DNA of 64,000 nt from Isurus oxyrinchus (GCA_026770705.1 JANJGN010000151.1:930001-994000), one strand, 5' to 3'. Shown: positions 13,865 to 24,765, numbered from the stretch's first letter. Numbers and translations are program-made. Notes: generated by a model not told the origin, from the letters alone.

Positions 13865-15015
13865 TATGCCTGTCTCTTTATGGAGTATGTGGAACATTCC
13901 TTGTTGCAGTCCTACTCCGGCCCCCTTCCACAACTTTTTCTCCGGTACATCGATGATTACTTCGGTGCCGCTTCATGCTCTCGTCAGGACTTGGAAAAAT
14001 TTATTAATTTTGCTTCCAATCTCCACCCCTCCATCATTTTCACGTGGTCCATCTCTGACACTTCCCTTCCCTTCCTTGACCTCTCTGTCTCAATCTCTGG
14101 TGTAGACTGTCCACCAATATCCATTACAAACCCACCGACTCCCACAGCTACCTCGACTACAGCTCCTCACACCCTGCTTCCTGTAAGGACTCCATCCCAT
14201 TCTCCCAGTTCCTTCGCCTTCGTCGCATCTGTTCCGACGATGCTACCTTGAAAAACGGTTCCTCTGACATGTCCTCCTTCTTCCTTAACCGAGGTTTTCC
14301 ACCGACGGTCGTTGACAGGGCCCTCAACCGTGTCCGGCCCATCTCCCGCGCATCCACCCTCACGCCTTCTCCTCCCTCCCAGAAACACGATAGGGTCCCC
14401 CTTGTCCTCACTTATCACCCCACCAGCCTCCGCATTCAAAGGATCATCCTCCGCCATTTCTGCCAACTCCAGCATGATGCCACCACCAAACATATCTTCC
14501 CTTCACCCCCCTTATCGGCATTCCGTAGGGATCGCTCCCTCCGGGACACCCTGGTCCACTCCTCCATCACCCCCTACTCCTCAACCCCCTCCTATGGCAC
14601 CACCCCATGCCCACGCAAAAGATGTAACACCTGCCCCTTCACTTCCTCTCTCCTCACCGTCCAAGGGCTCAAACACTCCTTTCAAGTGAAGCAGCATTTC
14701 ACTTGCATTTCCCCCAACTTAGTCTACTGCATTCGTTGCTCCCAATGTGGTCTCCTCTACATTGGAGAGACCAAACGTAAACTGGGCGACCGCTTTGCAG
14801 AACACCTGCGGTCTGTCCGCAAGAATGACCCAAACCTCCCTGTCGCTTGCCATTTTAACACTCCACCCTGCTCTCTTGCCCACATGTCTGTCCTTGGCTT
14901 ACTGCATTGTTCCAGTGAAGCCCAACGCAAACTGGAGGAACAACACCTCATCTTCCGACTAAGCACCTTACAGCCTTCCGGTCTGAATATTGAATTCAAT
15001 AACTTTAGGTCGTGA
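13865..15015 (+). pseudogene. Penelope RT/GIY-YIG ORF remnant, 5'-truncated, one frameshift near 14100
   Basis: ORFs 13880-14251 (YIDD) and 14248-15015 (GIY-YIG) join after a 1-nt frameshift at ...ISG/RLSTNIHYKPTDSHSYLDY. Confidence 0.88.
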
Positions 15016-15408
15016 GCTCCCTCCCCCATCCCCACCCCCTTTCTGTTTCCCCCTTTTTCCCCTTTTTTTTCCCTATAAATTATATAGATTTTTCTTTTCC
15101 CACCTATTTCCATTATTTTTAAATATTTTAAAATCTTTTATGCTCTCCCCACCCCCACTAGAGCTGTACCTTGAGTGCCCTACCATCCATTCTTAATTAG
15201 CACATTCGTTTAGATAATATCACCAACTTTAACTTTAACACCTATGTGTTCTTTTGTACTATTGTCGCTGACATCTTTTGATGATCTGCTTCTATCACTG
15301 CTTGTTTGTCTACACAAGCACCTCTCTCTCTCTCTATCTCTCCGCCCCCCCCACACACACACACCTTAAACCAGCTTATATTTCAACTCTTTCTTGGACT
15401 CGAAATCA

Positions 15409-15447
15409 AGTTCTGTCGAAGGGTCATGAGGACTCGAAACGTCAACT
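15409..15447 (+). ncRNA. Minimal type-I hammerhead ribozyme-like motif in the Penelope 3' end (mirror copy 12839-12877, minus strand)
   Basis: AGTT-CTGTCGA-A-GGGTC(ATGAG)GACTC-GAAA-CGTC-AACT: stem I, core, stem II and palindromic ACGT stem III. Core position 6 is U rather than A. Confidence 0.7.
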
Positions 15448-16372
15448 CTTTTCTTCTCCGCCGATGCTGCCAAACAAATACCAAACTATTCCAATCCAAA
15501 TACTTCTTAAATGTTATGGGGGTTTCTGCCTCTACCACTCTTTAAGGCAGTGAGTTCCAGATTCCCACCACCCTCTGGGTGCGAAAATTCTTCCTCGTAT
15601 CCCCTCTAAACTTCCTAACCTTTACCCTAAAATCTTTCCACCAAGGGGAAAAGTTCGTTCCTGTGTGCCCTATTATGCCCCTCATAATTTTATGCACCTT
15701 AATCATGTCTCCCTGTGTGCGCTCGGTGCGCAGTGCTCCATACTGGTGGAAAGTTCGAGAAGAGGCAGCAGAAATTGCAGGACAGCCAGGAATAGATGGG
15801 GCTGCATTTCTTCATTCCCTTCTGTAACCACTCTGTCATTTTATGTACTGAACATTAAAAGGTACATGGCGACGATATACGGAACTGACTTGCTTATGTA
15901 ATGGGTTTGAAACCCTTTAGAGTTTCCTGATACAGGTGAAAATCCGACATTTTGAACCTGCAATCTACATTTAGTAGTTTACATTTCTCACTGTTATTGT
16001 TTTAAGAATGAGTTACAGAATTGATTATCTATTAAATGGACTAAAAAAACATTCAAACGCTTCCCTGTATTTTTCATTTCCGTTCATCTGTTGGCATTCA
16101 CCAAATTTGCAGTTGGAAATGGAACAAAAACGGAGCCAATTTGGTGACATCCTTGCTTTCTGGATGTTTGTCTCTCCTTAGGCTGCTGCCACCTATCGGT
16201 GTCAATGTCTGTGTGTGTTCCTCTCCGTGTATCAATGTGATTCAGTTCCCTGAGGGGGATGAATGCATTTTTACCATCATAAACTTTATTCACTTTCATT
16301 GTGCATCTTCATGGTAAATGGCACAGAGAATAACAGTAGGTTTAAAAGCTGGAAGAGGACTTTAACCTTTCT

Positions 16373-16451
16373 GGCGCTGTTGGCGTAACCTGTGGTTAAA
16401 ATAGTGGACTTATCAAGCTAGATGCCGTGAGTTCGATCCCTGCTGGTGCCT
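16373..16451 (+). pseudogene. Degenerate tRNA-like sequence (ends resemble tRNA-Thr)
   Basis: GGCGCTG...TGGTTAAA...GAGTTCGATCCC..CTGGTGCCT; the B box is intact and the middle is decayed. Confidence 0.45.
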
Positions 16452-16559
16452 GTGGATAAACTTTAGCAGATGGAAGCGGTGGAAATGTAAACTGTGGGGA
16501 GGAGTATCTCGGCTGTGAAGAGATTTAGGCACGTCAGGTGAACAAGGATAGAACATGGG

Positions 16560-17270
16560 AGAATACTTTCCAGATGTGCAAAGCTATTACAAAAGTCTGA
16601 CAGAAATTGAAAAAGTGCTGAACCATTTAGGCACCACAAGGAAAACTAATAGAACGTTATCATTTGCTGTGAGGGGGAATTGAAGTAAGAAGGTTTTACT
16701 TCAGTTGTACAGGACAGTGATATCAGGAGTACAGTGTAGGGTATTGGCCTCCTTATTTAAGAAAAATGTAAATGTGTTAGAAGCAATTCAGAGAAGGCTT
16801 ACTGAACTAATACCAAGAATGGGCGGCTTGTCTTGTGAGGAAAGGTGGCAGGTTAGTCCTGCATCCACTGGAGTTTAGAAAACTAAGAGGCGACTTGATC
16901 GAAATCTTTCAGATCCCGAGGGGTCTTGACAGGGTGGATGCGGAGAGGATCTTGCATCTTGTGGGAGAATTTAGAACTAGGGGTCACTGTTTAAAAATAA
17001 GGGGTCGCTCATTTAAGACAGAGATGAGAGAAGTGTTTTTTTCTCAGAGGGTCGTGAGTACTTGTAACTCTTTCTTTCAAAAGGCAGTGGAAGCAGAGTC
17101 TTTGAATATTTTTAAGGCAGAGCTAGATTGATTCTTTATCAACAAGATGGTGAAAGGTTATCGGGGTAAGCAGCAGGTTTCAATCAGATCAGCTGTGATC
17201 TTATTGAATGGCGGAGAAGGCTTGAAGGGCCGAGTGTCCTACTCCTGCTTCGAGTTCATATGTTCACATG
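16560..17270 (+). mobile_element. CR1-type LINE 3' fragment
   Basis: LEFRKLRGDLIEIFQI...FFSQRVV...IFKAELD plus 3' UTR. Confidence 0.85.
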
Positions 17271-17671
17271 TTCTTTGAGTCCAGAATTCTTCCTGGCTCA
17301 GTGCGCAAAGGCCAAAAAGTCAATGATGATTGAAATTTTCACTGAGCAACATGTAAACTGACAGTGGATTCACTCGGTGCGATGATGTGTTCCAGTTCAA
17401 AATGTGCAATCATAGAATCAATTCATATTTGTTGTTTTGAACCCAATATTTCTAATGGGCTGGATGTAATGCACATGTTTGATCTAATTTATACCATTTA
17501 CAAAAATAAATATTCGAAAACTATTTGTGTGTGAAGTTACTGGATAACAGCAGGTCTGGAAATGGAGCAGAGAGAGAGGATCCCTGGGGTGATGTTCAGT
17601 GAGTTTGGAAGAAAGGTATGAGAGGGAATGGGGCAGGGAGAAAGGATCCCTGGGGCGATGTTCCATGAATT

Positions 17672-17917
17672 CAAAACAAAAACAGAATTACCTGGAAAAA
17701 CTCAGGAGGTCTGGCAGCATCGGCAGAGAAGAAAAGAGTTGACATTTCGAGTCCTCATGAACCTTCAACAGACCTAATCATAGTTCTGTTGAAGGGTCAT
17801 GAGGACTCGAAACGTCAACTCTTTTCTTCTCCGCCGATGCTGCCAGACCTGCTGAGTTTTTCCAGGTAATTCTGTTTTTGTTTTGGATTTCCAGCATCCG
17901 CAGTTTTTTGTTTTTAT
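17672..17917. mobile_element. Palindromic Penelope-derived mini-element (two inverted 3' ends), about 11-bp TSD
   Basis: Inverted arms around about 17775. TTCCATGAATT at 17661-17671 and TTCCGTGAATT at 17918-17928. Confidence 0.85.
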
Positions 17918-18901
17918 TTCCGTGAATTTAGTTGTTTATTGCGCCCGGCAGGCCGCAGGGCCTGGGAATTTCCACGATTTGTGCTCCCTGGTGTTCCTAA
18001 TAAGCCCCAAACTGTCGTAATAATTTGCAGGATTACTGCTCGATAACGTGTCTGTGTCAGATCGGCCCTAGTCTCTAGAAATCTTCCCATGGTTTGGATC
18101 AACGGTTCAGTCTGTGGTATTTGTGTATTTTTTGTTATTCATTTATGTGATGTGGGTGTGGCTGTTTGGGCCAGCATTTATTGCCCATCCCTAATTGCCT
18201 TGAGAAGGTGGATTGTGACGTCTCTGCCTTGTGAGTGTTTAATTGGACAAGGTACAGAGAGTCCAGGCGAATGCTCTGGGCGCATGGATTCAAATCCCAA
18301 CGTGACAGCTGCTGGAATGTGAATTCAATTATTAAAACCTGGGATTGAAAACTAGCCTCCGTAATGGTGACCATGACAACTATCACCGATTGTCGTAAAA
18401 ATCCATCTGCTGCACTAATGTCCTTTAGTGAAGGAAATCTGCTACCCCTACCCGGCCTGGCCGACATGTGATTCCAGGTTGACAGCAATGTGACTGACAC
18501 TTAACTGCCCTCTTAAATGGCCTCGGAAGCTGGGCTGTTCTGGGCGGTCTTGCCAGCGACACCCATACCTCATGAAAGGGTAAAGAGATGAAACAAAACC
18601 TTTTACCCCCTATCTAACCCCCTGCTGCACCGACCCTGGGAGTGTTTGATGGGACAGTGTAAAGGAAACTTTCGTCCTCCATATACTGCCCTGTATGGGC
18701 CTCTGATGAAGCAGATCACTGCTGTTTACAATTACTTGACTTGTGACTGTGACAGACCTGAGTATGAGTGAAATCGCCGAGGCTCCCCTCGCTGTGCAAT
18801 CATCCTGGCTCTGGGGTTTGCCATAAAAAGGCAGAGGTAAAGGCATGTTAACGCTGATGGGTCGCTGGATGGCGCAGTGACTCTTTCACTGAAGGACATT
18901 G

Positions 18902-19003
18902 GGCTCTGCAGAAGAGTCATGAGGACTCGAAACGTTAACTCTTTTTTTCCTCCACAGATGCTGTTGGGCCTGCAGAGTTTTTTCAGCATTTTCTGTTTTT
19001 GAT
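18902..19003 (+). mobile_element. Penelope 3'-end fragment (hammerhead core CTGCAGA)
   Basis: CTGCAGAAGAGTCATGAGGACTCGAAACGTTAACT plus the family tail. Confidence 0.7.
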
Positions 19004-19598
19004 TCTCATCCCAAACAGGAAAGATTAAAAACACCTGCCTGAGAGAGGGGAGGAATCAGTGTAATAGGGGTATAAGTGGAGCGGTGTCAATGGGCCTGGG
19101 GGAAAGAAGCTCAGCAAAGTCAGTTCGTTTCACAATCATTATTTATTGACAATTTCGGAGAACATTTTCCAGAAAAGTTTATTTTAAAGTCATTCGACTG
19201 AATATGATGACTGAGAGTCACACTGAGAACAGAGCACATTCGCTCTGAGTTGCCAACTGTATGTACAGCTGTAACAGAGACCAGAAAGAGAAAACAGGAG
19301 ATTAACATAAAGGGAAGGGAATAATTGTGAATGAGGAATGAGAAAATCTACTTCTTTACACATGGAATTCAAACTACTGGGGAATTATAAGCTACAATTA
19401 CATCACAGCCATAATTATCTCGCACATTTCAAACAGAGAAACGGAAATACCGTCCATGACTGTCTTAGCTACAAATTCTGAAACATGAACTGAAGGTGTT
19501 TCATTTTTAGATTCACTGAGAGGACATATTTTAAATTCATAATACAGAAATCTCAATAAAGAGCTGAGGAAAATCTACGGTGTCCAAAATTCAACTGG

Positions 19599-19607
19599 TC
19601 ACTTGAT
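19599..19607 (-). CDS. IGHM: IgM TM2 exon coding part (IK*)
   Basis: Acceptor TCCTCTTTTGCAG|ATC AAG TGA, giving the cytoplasmic tail KIK. Candidate AATAAA at about 19142-19147. Confidence 0.85.
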   Translation of the reverse strand: MK

Positions 19608-19745
19608 CTGCAAAAGAGGATAAAATAGTGAAGCAGTTGTTTAGAATGTGGGACATTTATGTTAGTGTCTTAATCAATGAAACATTGACAGATTTTTCAA
19701 ACTGCTTCTGTCAGTTTGAAGTGTGAGTGGATTGAATCTTCTCAC

Positions 19746-19873
19746 CTTCGCCAGAGTGACGGCAGTGCTGTAGAAAATGCTCAGGAAGAACAGGATGATG
19801 AATGTGGAAGCGGTTGTCCAGATGTTGCCGTTATCATCCTCAGAGTTTTCAATCCAGGTGTGGTCTGTGGAAT
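19746..19873 (-). CDS. IGHM: IgM TM1 exon (DSTDHTWIENSEDDNGNIWTTASTFIILFFLSIFYSTAVTLAK)
   Basis: CART motif WTTASTFIILFFLSIFYST, phase-1 acceptor CCCCGTAG, donor AAG|GTGAG. Too short to appear in the ORF track. Confidence 0.95.
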
Positions 19874-20439
19874 CTACGGGGATATAACCAAGCGGATAGA
19901 ATTAGATTGTTTATTAATCGAGGATATCTTTTAAAAAATATTCTCTTTACTCTTTCCTAAGTTATTAATGTATTCTCTAATTTAATGTTCAATGTATATC
20001 TACTTTTAAGCTCGTGAATTTCAGCAACCTATCTCTGTAACTATCTCCACAGCTGTTCTTCCTTTACAATCCTCATACAGTCCGAGTCGCAAAATATGGA
20101 AAATTATCTCCAGTATCAGTTTATTTTCGAACAATTTTGTACGATCTATTATTGGAGAATGTTATGATGGATAGCGAGAGAGATTCATTGAGCAACTTAT
20201 TTGGAAACTGTGGACGTTGCTTTTTAAAATCTCGGCCGTGATTTCCCATCTTGTTTCTTTATTTGTTTTGGATATGTTTGGTGCGTCATTAACTTCAATC
20301 AGTTTCTCAGTAAGAACATTGTTTCAGTGTGCTTTTTGCATCATTTTGTAAGAGGGACAATTTCCGGAGGATAAGTCGGTTAAAAAAGTACATTTGAGTT
20401 ATACTTTCTTCAATAGCCTGGCGTTTGTGTCATGCTTTA

Positions 20440-21525
20440 GCTTTTGTGTATGTGTGTGCATGAGTATATCGTGCCTTTCATCACTCTTTGTTTCTGTGTC
20501 CATATGTGTGTATGAGTATTGACGTGTGTTCATTTGCCAATGAGTGCTGACTTGTGCATTTTTGTGTTTGCGTCTGCATGTATATTTTGTTTTTTTGTCA
20601 ATATGTATATATGAGTGTGTTATTGTGTGTGTTTATGCATTGATATCTAGGTTTATTTATTACTATCTGTGTTAATACGTGTTTATGCGTTCTTGTCTGC
20701 TAATATGAGAGTTAATGTTTCTTTTTGTGTTCCACGTATGTGTCAGCATATTAATGTCTGTGTCACAGCGTGTGTGTGTGTGAGTGTGTGTGTGTGCGTG
20801 CGAACGTGTGTGTGAGAGAGAGTTTTTTTATGTGTGCATTTGTGTGTTGATGGATATTTAGAACTATGTATCAATGTGTGTTTATGTTTTCATACGTATT
20901 AACGTGTGTTTTTTGTGTTCTCCTGTGTATAAGCATGTTTCGTGTTTGTGTCTATATGTGTGCCTGTGAATGTGTTGTCTCTTCCTCTATCTGTTTGTCT
21001 GTCTGGTTGTCGTCCGCTCATGTATGTGCATGTGTCCATGTGTATCGATGCACTTGTTTTAATCTGAATGATAGTGTGTGTCTTTTTGTCTGTATTTCTG
21101 TCATTATGAATGTGTGATTATGCATATTTGTGTCTTTATATGAGTCTGCTTGTCTGGTTTTATCTGTTTGTGTGTGCGTGATTGTGTATGTGTGTGTGTG
21201 TGTGTGTATGTGTGCATGCGCGTGTGTGTATTTGTGTGTGTGTGCAATTGTGTATGTGTGTTCCTGTGCCTGCATTTGTGTGTGTATTTGTGTTTGTGTG
21301 TGATTGTGTGCATGTGTGATTGTGTGTGTGTGTTTGTCTGTTNNNNNNNNNNNNNNNNNNNNNNNNNNNNNNNNNNNNNNNNNNNNNNNNNNNNNNNNNN
21401 NNNNNNNNNNNNNNNNNNNNNNNNNNNNNNNNNNNNNNNNNNNNNNNNNNNNNNNNNNNNNNNNNNNNNNNNNTGTCTGCGTGTCTATGCCTATGTGTGC
21501 GTTCATTTGTGTCCCTTGTGTGCAT
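20440..21525. repeat. Degenerate (TG)n microsatellite field in the CH4-TM1 intron (contains an N gap at 21343-21473)
   Basis: Seen directly in the sequence. Confidence 0.9.
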
Positions 21526-22114
21526 TTTTACTATTTTTCCGAGGTTCATCGGGTCCCAACGATCGAGTCTGTCCCTGATAGTGAAAATTATATTTTCAAT
21601 GTTCTGTATAAACGTGTTTTCTGTGAGATGTAAGGTGATATCAGGTGAACGAATGCAAACAATCAACCATCTGCCTCATAAAATTCAGGGGCAGAACCGT
21701 AAACAACTCAGGGAAGGTTTAATAACCAGTTTAGATTCGGATGATGCAAAATCAATCTTAGCATAAGATTAACAGGAACAAGAGTGTTAAAACTTCTTAA
21801 AATTATGTTGCATAAAATTATATTTTACAACATTTCAAGCATGATGGGACTTTAAAACTTGTGACCAGTAAGCTAGAAGCCGATTTCTGCTGTTGGTAAC
21901 TGAATCCTTACAGTAGAGACCTGTTCCTTTCCAGATTCTCTGCTCGGGGACTGAGAGTCCAGTGAGTTAATAGTTTTTCTCCGTCTGGTTGGCTAAGCAA
22001 TTTCCTTTTCGGTTCTCTGTGCTGAGAAGGTGGAGACACACTGGGTTTACCTATGATCTTCCTCGTCTTTTTGTTTAGCGAGTGGAGGTAAAATTGGCTA
22101 AAAAGTTTCCTTTC

Positions 22115-22290
22115 ACTTTTCTCTGTTGGGAAAGTGGGGTACAGTGGGTTAACAATTTCTCCTCCCCCTCTCTCTGTTGGGGAAGTGGGGGTACAGTGGG
22201 TTAACAATTTCCCTTCCCCCTCTCTCTGTTGGGGAAGCGGGGGTACAGTGGGTTAACAATTTTCCTTCCCCCTCTCTCTGATGGGGGATT
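22115..22290. repeat. 52-bp minisatellite, about 3 copies
   Basis: ACAGTGGGTTAACAATTT recurs at 22141, 22193 and 22245. Confidence 0.85.
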
Positions 22291-22676
22291 GTTGGGACAT
22301 GTTTCTGTGTGACCCTCACTTCAATTCCCAGTGGGTGTGATGCAGCAACTTAAAGCTGGCATCCACTTTAAAGGAATGGACAATAAGAGAAGCAGGAACA
22401 CCGAGATCTCAATGTGTTGAGTTTGTTTGCGAGAAATGGGAATGGTCAGAATTCTCCTCAGTGGGAGGTGATGTTATTTTGCAGAACCCCGTAATGAATG
22501 AGCTTTACTCTGTCTCTAACCCAGGGTGCATCTGAGCTGGGAGCACTGGATGTACAAGTCTTGGTTCTGAGCCCTGGAAATATCCGATTTTAACTGAATA
22601 GGTCTAACATTAGCATAAGTGGAAAACAACATTAATTAAGGAACGGTGCATTTAAATCACGATTGGAGAAAAGGAC

Positions 22677-22690
22677 TTTATTTTTTTATT
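22677..22690 (-). terminator. Secretory-form poly(A) signals (two AATAAA)
   Basis: TTTATT at 22677-22682 and 22685-22690, about 30-40 nt after the stop codon. Confidence 0.75.
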
Positions 22691-22717
22691 GAAGTTTGAA
22701 ATGTAACCAAGAGATTC

Positions 22718-23109
22718 TCATTGACATGAATTAATGGTGTCCATCAGTGCAAGGGAAATATTCACAAAACTCGGTTTACCGCTGGATTTATCAACCGTTC
22801 TGTTGATGATCTTCAAGGGGATCGCTTCATGTCCCACCACACAGGAGTAAGAAGCGCCGCTGGCCCACTCCTCCGCTGCAATGGATAACAGGCTGTACAT
22901 GAAGAAGGAGCGATTGCCATTCTCCGCCACCACCTCGGTGTTCTTGTAGCTCCCGGGATTTACCGGCTTGTCATTGACGGTCCACTTGACGAAGATCTCT
23001 CGGGGGGAGAAACCTCTCACTAAGCAGCTGAGGGAGATGAACCTCTGAGCAGAGACATCTTCTGCCGAGGGCAGGAGGACAGACACGGATGGTTCCTGCG
23101 GATTTTTGT
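22718..23109 (-). CDS. IGHM: IgM CH4 plus secretory tailpiece (...[37 protein letters not shown]); internal donor G|GTAAAC at 22780 for the membrane form
   Basis: Cmu4 motifs, tailpiece with NIS glycosylation site and penultimate Cys, stop TGA. Confidence 0.97.
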
Positions 23110-23816
23110 CTGCAGAAAATGTACAATAAATGTCAATAAACTGGATAATTTCGGAGACAATGAAACCACTGGTTAGGGTGAGGGAAGTGTTTTTGAGTTG
23201 AATAGTAAAGGTTTACATTATCCACTTCTAGGAAATATATCGCCATTCCTTTACTGTCGCTGAGGCAAAATCCTGGACCTCCGTCCCTGACAACACTGTG
23301 CATGTGCCTACACCACAGGGATTGCAGCGATTCAAGAAGTCAGCACACCACCACCTTCTCAAGGGCAATTAGGGATGGGCAATAAACTCTGGCCCAGCCA
23401 GCGATGCACACTTCCCATTAATTAATAAATAAAACTCTTTGGGATCTGATCGGTTTTCCAGCTCGGAGCAGAGGTGGATACAATCCTTTTCCCTGAGAAC
23501 TTATGGGGTTGGACTAGAAAGTTTCTCAAAGATTACAGCACAGAACAGGCCATTCGTCCCAACTGGTCTGTGTTGGTATTTAAGCTCCACACCAGGCTCC
23601 TCCCAACTTTCTTCATCGAAATCCAAAAGCACAGCCTTCAATTCATTGCTCATTCATCTACTTATCAATTTCCTCCTTGAAGTCTGCAGGCCCAGAGCCT
23701 TTAGCTAGTGGAATTGCCAATCCGGGTAGACCATGAACACACTGAATAGTAAATATTGACCCTTACACTGGAAGTAGACACAATGACTCACTTATTGTTT
23801 CAATCTCACCGCTCAC

Positions 23817-24125
23817 CTTGTTCCTTGTGGATCGAACTCCTTAAAGGAGTCGGCAGATCCTGATTGCTCACCACGCAGTAGAACTCAGCCCCACTCAGCC
23901 AGGCTTGTGTCGAGATGTTTACGTTGCTGACCACGCTGCCGGGATGCTCTCCCGGTTGGACGGCAATCTCTGATTTCAAAGGCTTCTTTTCTTGTGTCCA
24001 GGACACGAGTACTGGTTGATGAGCATCAGAAACAATGCAGGTTAAGGTCACCGTCGCTTCCAGCAAGACCTGTTCTATTGGCGGTGGCAGTAGAGTAATT
24101 GTGGCATCTCTGCAGTTGGAACATT
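23817..24125 (-). CDS. IGHM: IgM CH3 exon ([30 protein letters not shown]...[22 protein letters not shown])
   Basis: C1-set domain typical of shark Cmu3, acceptor CTCACAG, donor G|GTGAG. Confidence 0.95.
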
Positions 24126-24477
24126 CTGTGAGACAGAAATGAAAATCAACCAAAGTTTCACCATGAGAATCAGGACAGCAGTATTCAGTCTTCACTCTCC
24201 AAAGGGCATTCGACATATCAATCTCTAACTATCGTCTGTAATCGTCTTTACACAATGCAAAACCAGCTTGGTCTGTGTAAATTGTTCTCATAATTTCAGT
24301 CGTTTAGCCCTGGAAACATTCTAGCGAACCCGTGTTGCCCCAGTCCCAATACAAATACACCATTCCCGGGCCCTGGAATGCAGTACTGAATGCCGCTTGA
24401 TGAATAGGGTGGATGCACTTTCCAGCACTTTATTCCGAAGCTATTACCAGTTACTTTAATGGGTTTGTATCTCTTAC

Positions 24478-24765
24478 CAGACCCGGTGGTGTTTCGACTT
24501 AGGGTGACCCCTTGATGAGTGACCTGACAGGTATAGACCGCGCCGGTGAGCAATTCCCCAGCGGAGACTTTCAGCCAACTGGTCGCCGAGAAGTTCCCGT
24601 TCATTTCAAAGGCGGGAGAGGTGACAATTCCTGAACTCATGGGTTGTCCATTCTTCAGCCACTTCACGGTGATTGGCTTTGGACGGAAATCGATGATTGA
24701 ACAGACTACGGTATCTTCCCGGCAACTTACGGTTAGGAGAACAGCTGGAGGGTGGATGTCAGTAC
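24478..24765 (-). CDS. IGHM: IgM CH2 exon ([39 protein letters not shown]...[19 protein letters not shown])
   Basis: C1-set motif (C..F.P..I.V.W; YTCQVTH), acceptor TTTTTTGAAG, donor G|GTAAG, 288 nt. Confidence 0.93.

Larger units (their letters stand above)
12737..15470 (+). mobile_element. Penelope-like element (PLE): 5'-truncated copy at 13865-15470 preceded by an inverted copy of its 3' part (12737-13864); 12-bp TSD CAAACAAATACC
   Basis: RT C-terminus (FLRYIDDYF; LPFLD) and GIY-YIG endonuclease (VYCIRC..C..LYIGET.R). The two arms are near-identical reverse complements. TSD at 12725-12736 and 15471-15482. Confidence 0.93.

Noticed and set aside
13101-14493. Various ORFs on the non-coding frames of the Penelope arms
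   Set aside because: Shadow frames of the RT/GIY-YIG sequence and its inverted copy.
20866-21766. His/Thr- and Cys/Val-rich ORFs (also at 29308-31617)
   Set aside because: Translations of (TG)n, (CA)n and (GAGT)n microsatellites and N gaps.
24725-24730. Consensus GTAAGT donor inside the CH2 exon
   Set aside because: It is phase 0 with weak exonic context, and splicing to CH3 would frameshift. There is no evidence of use.
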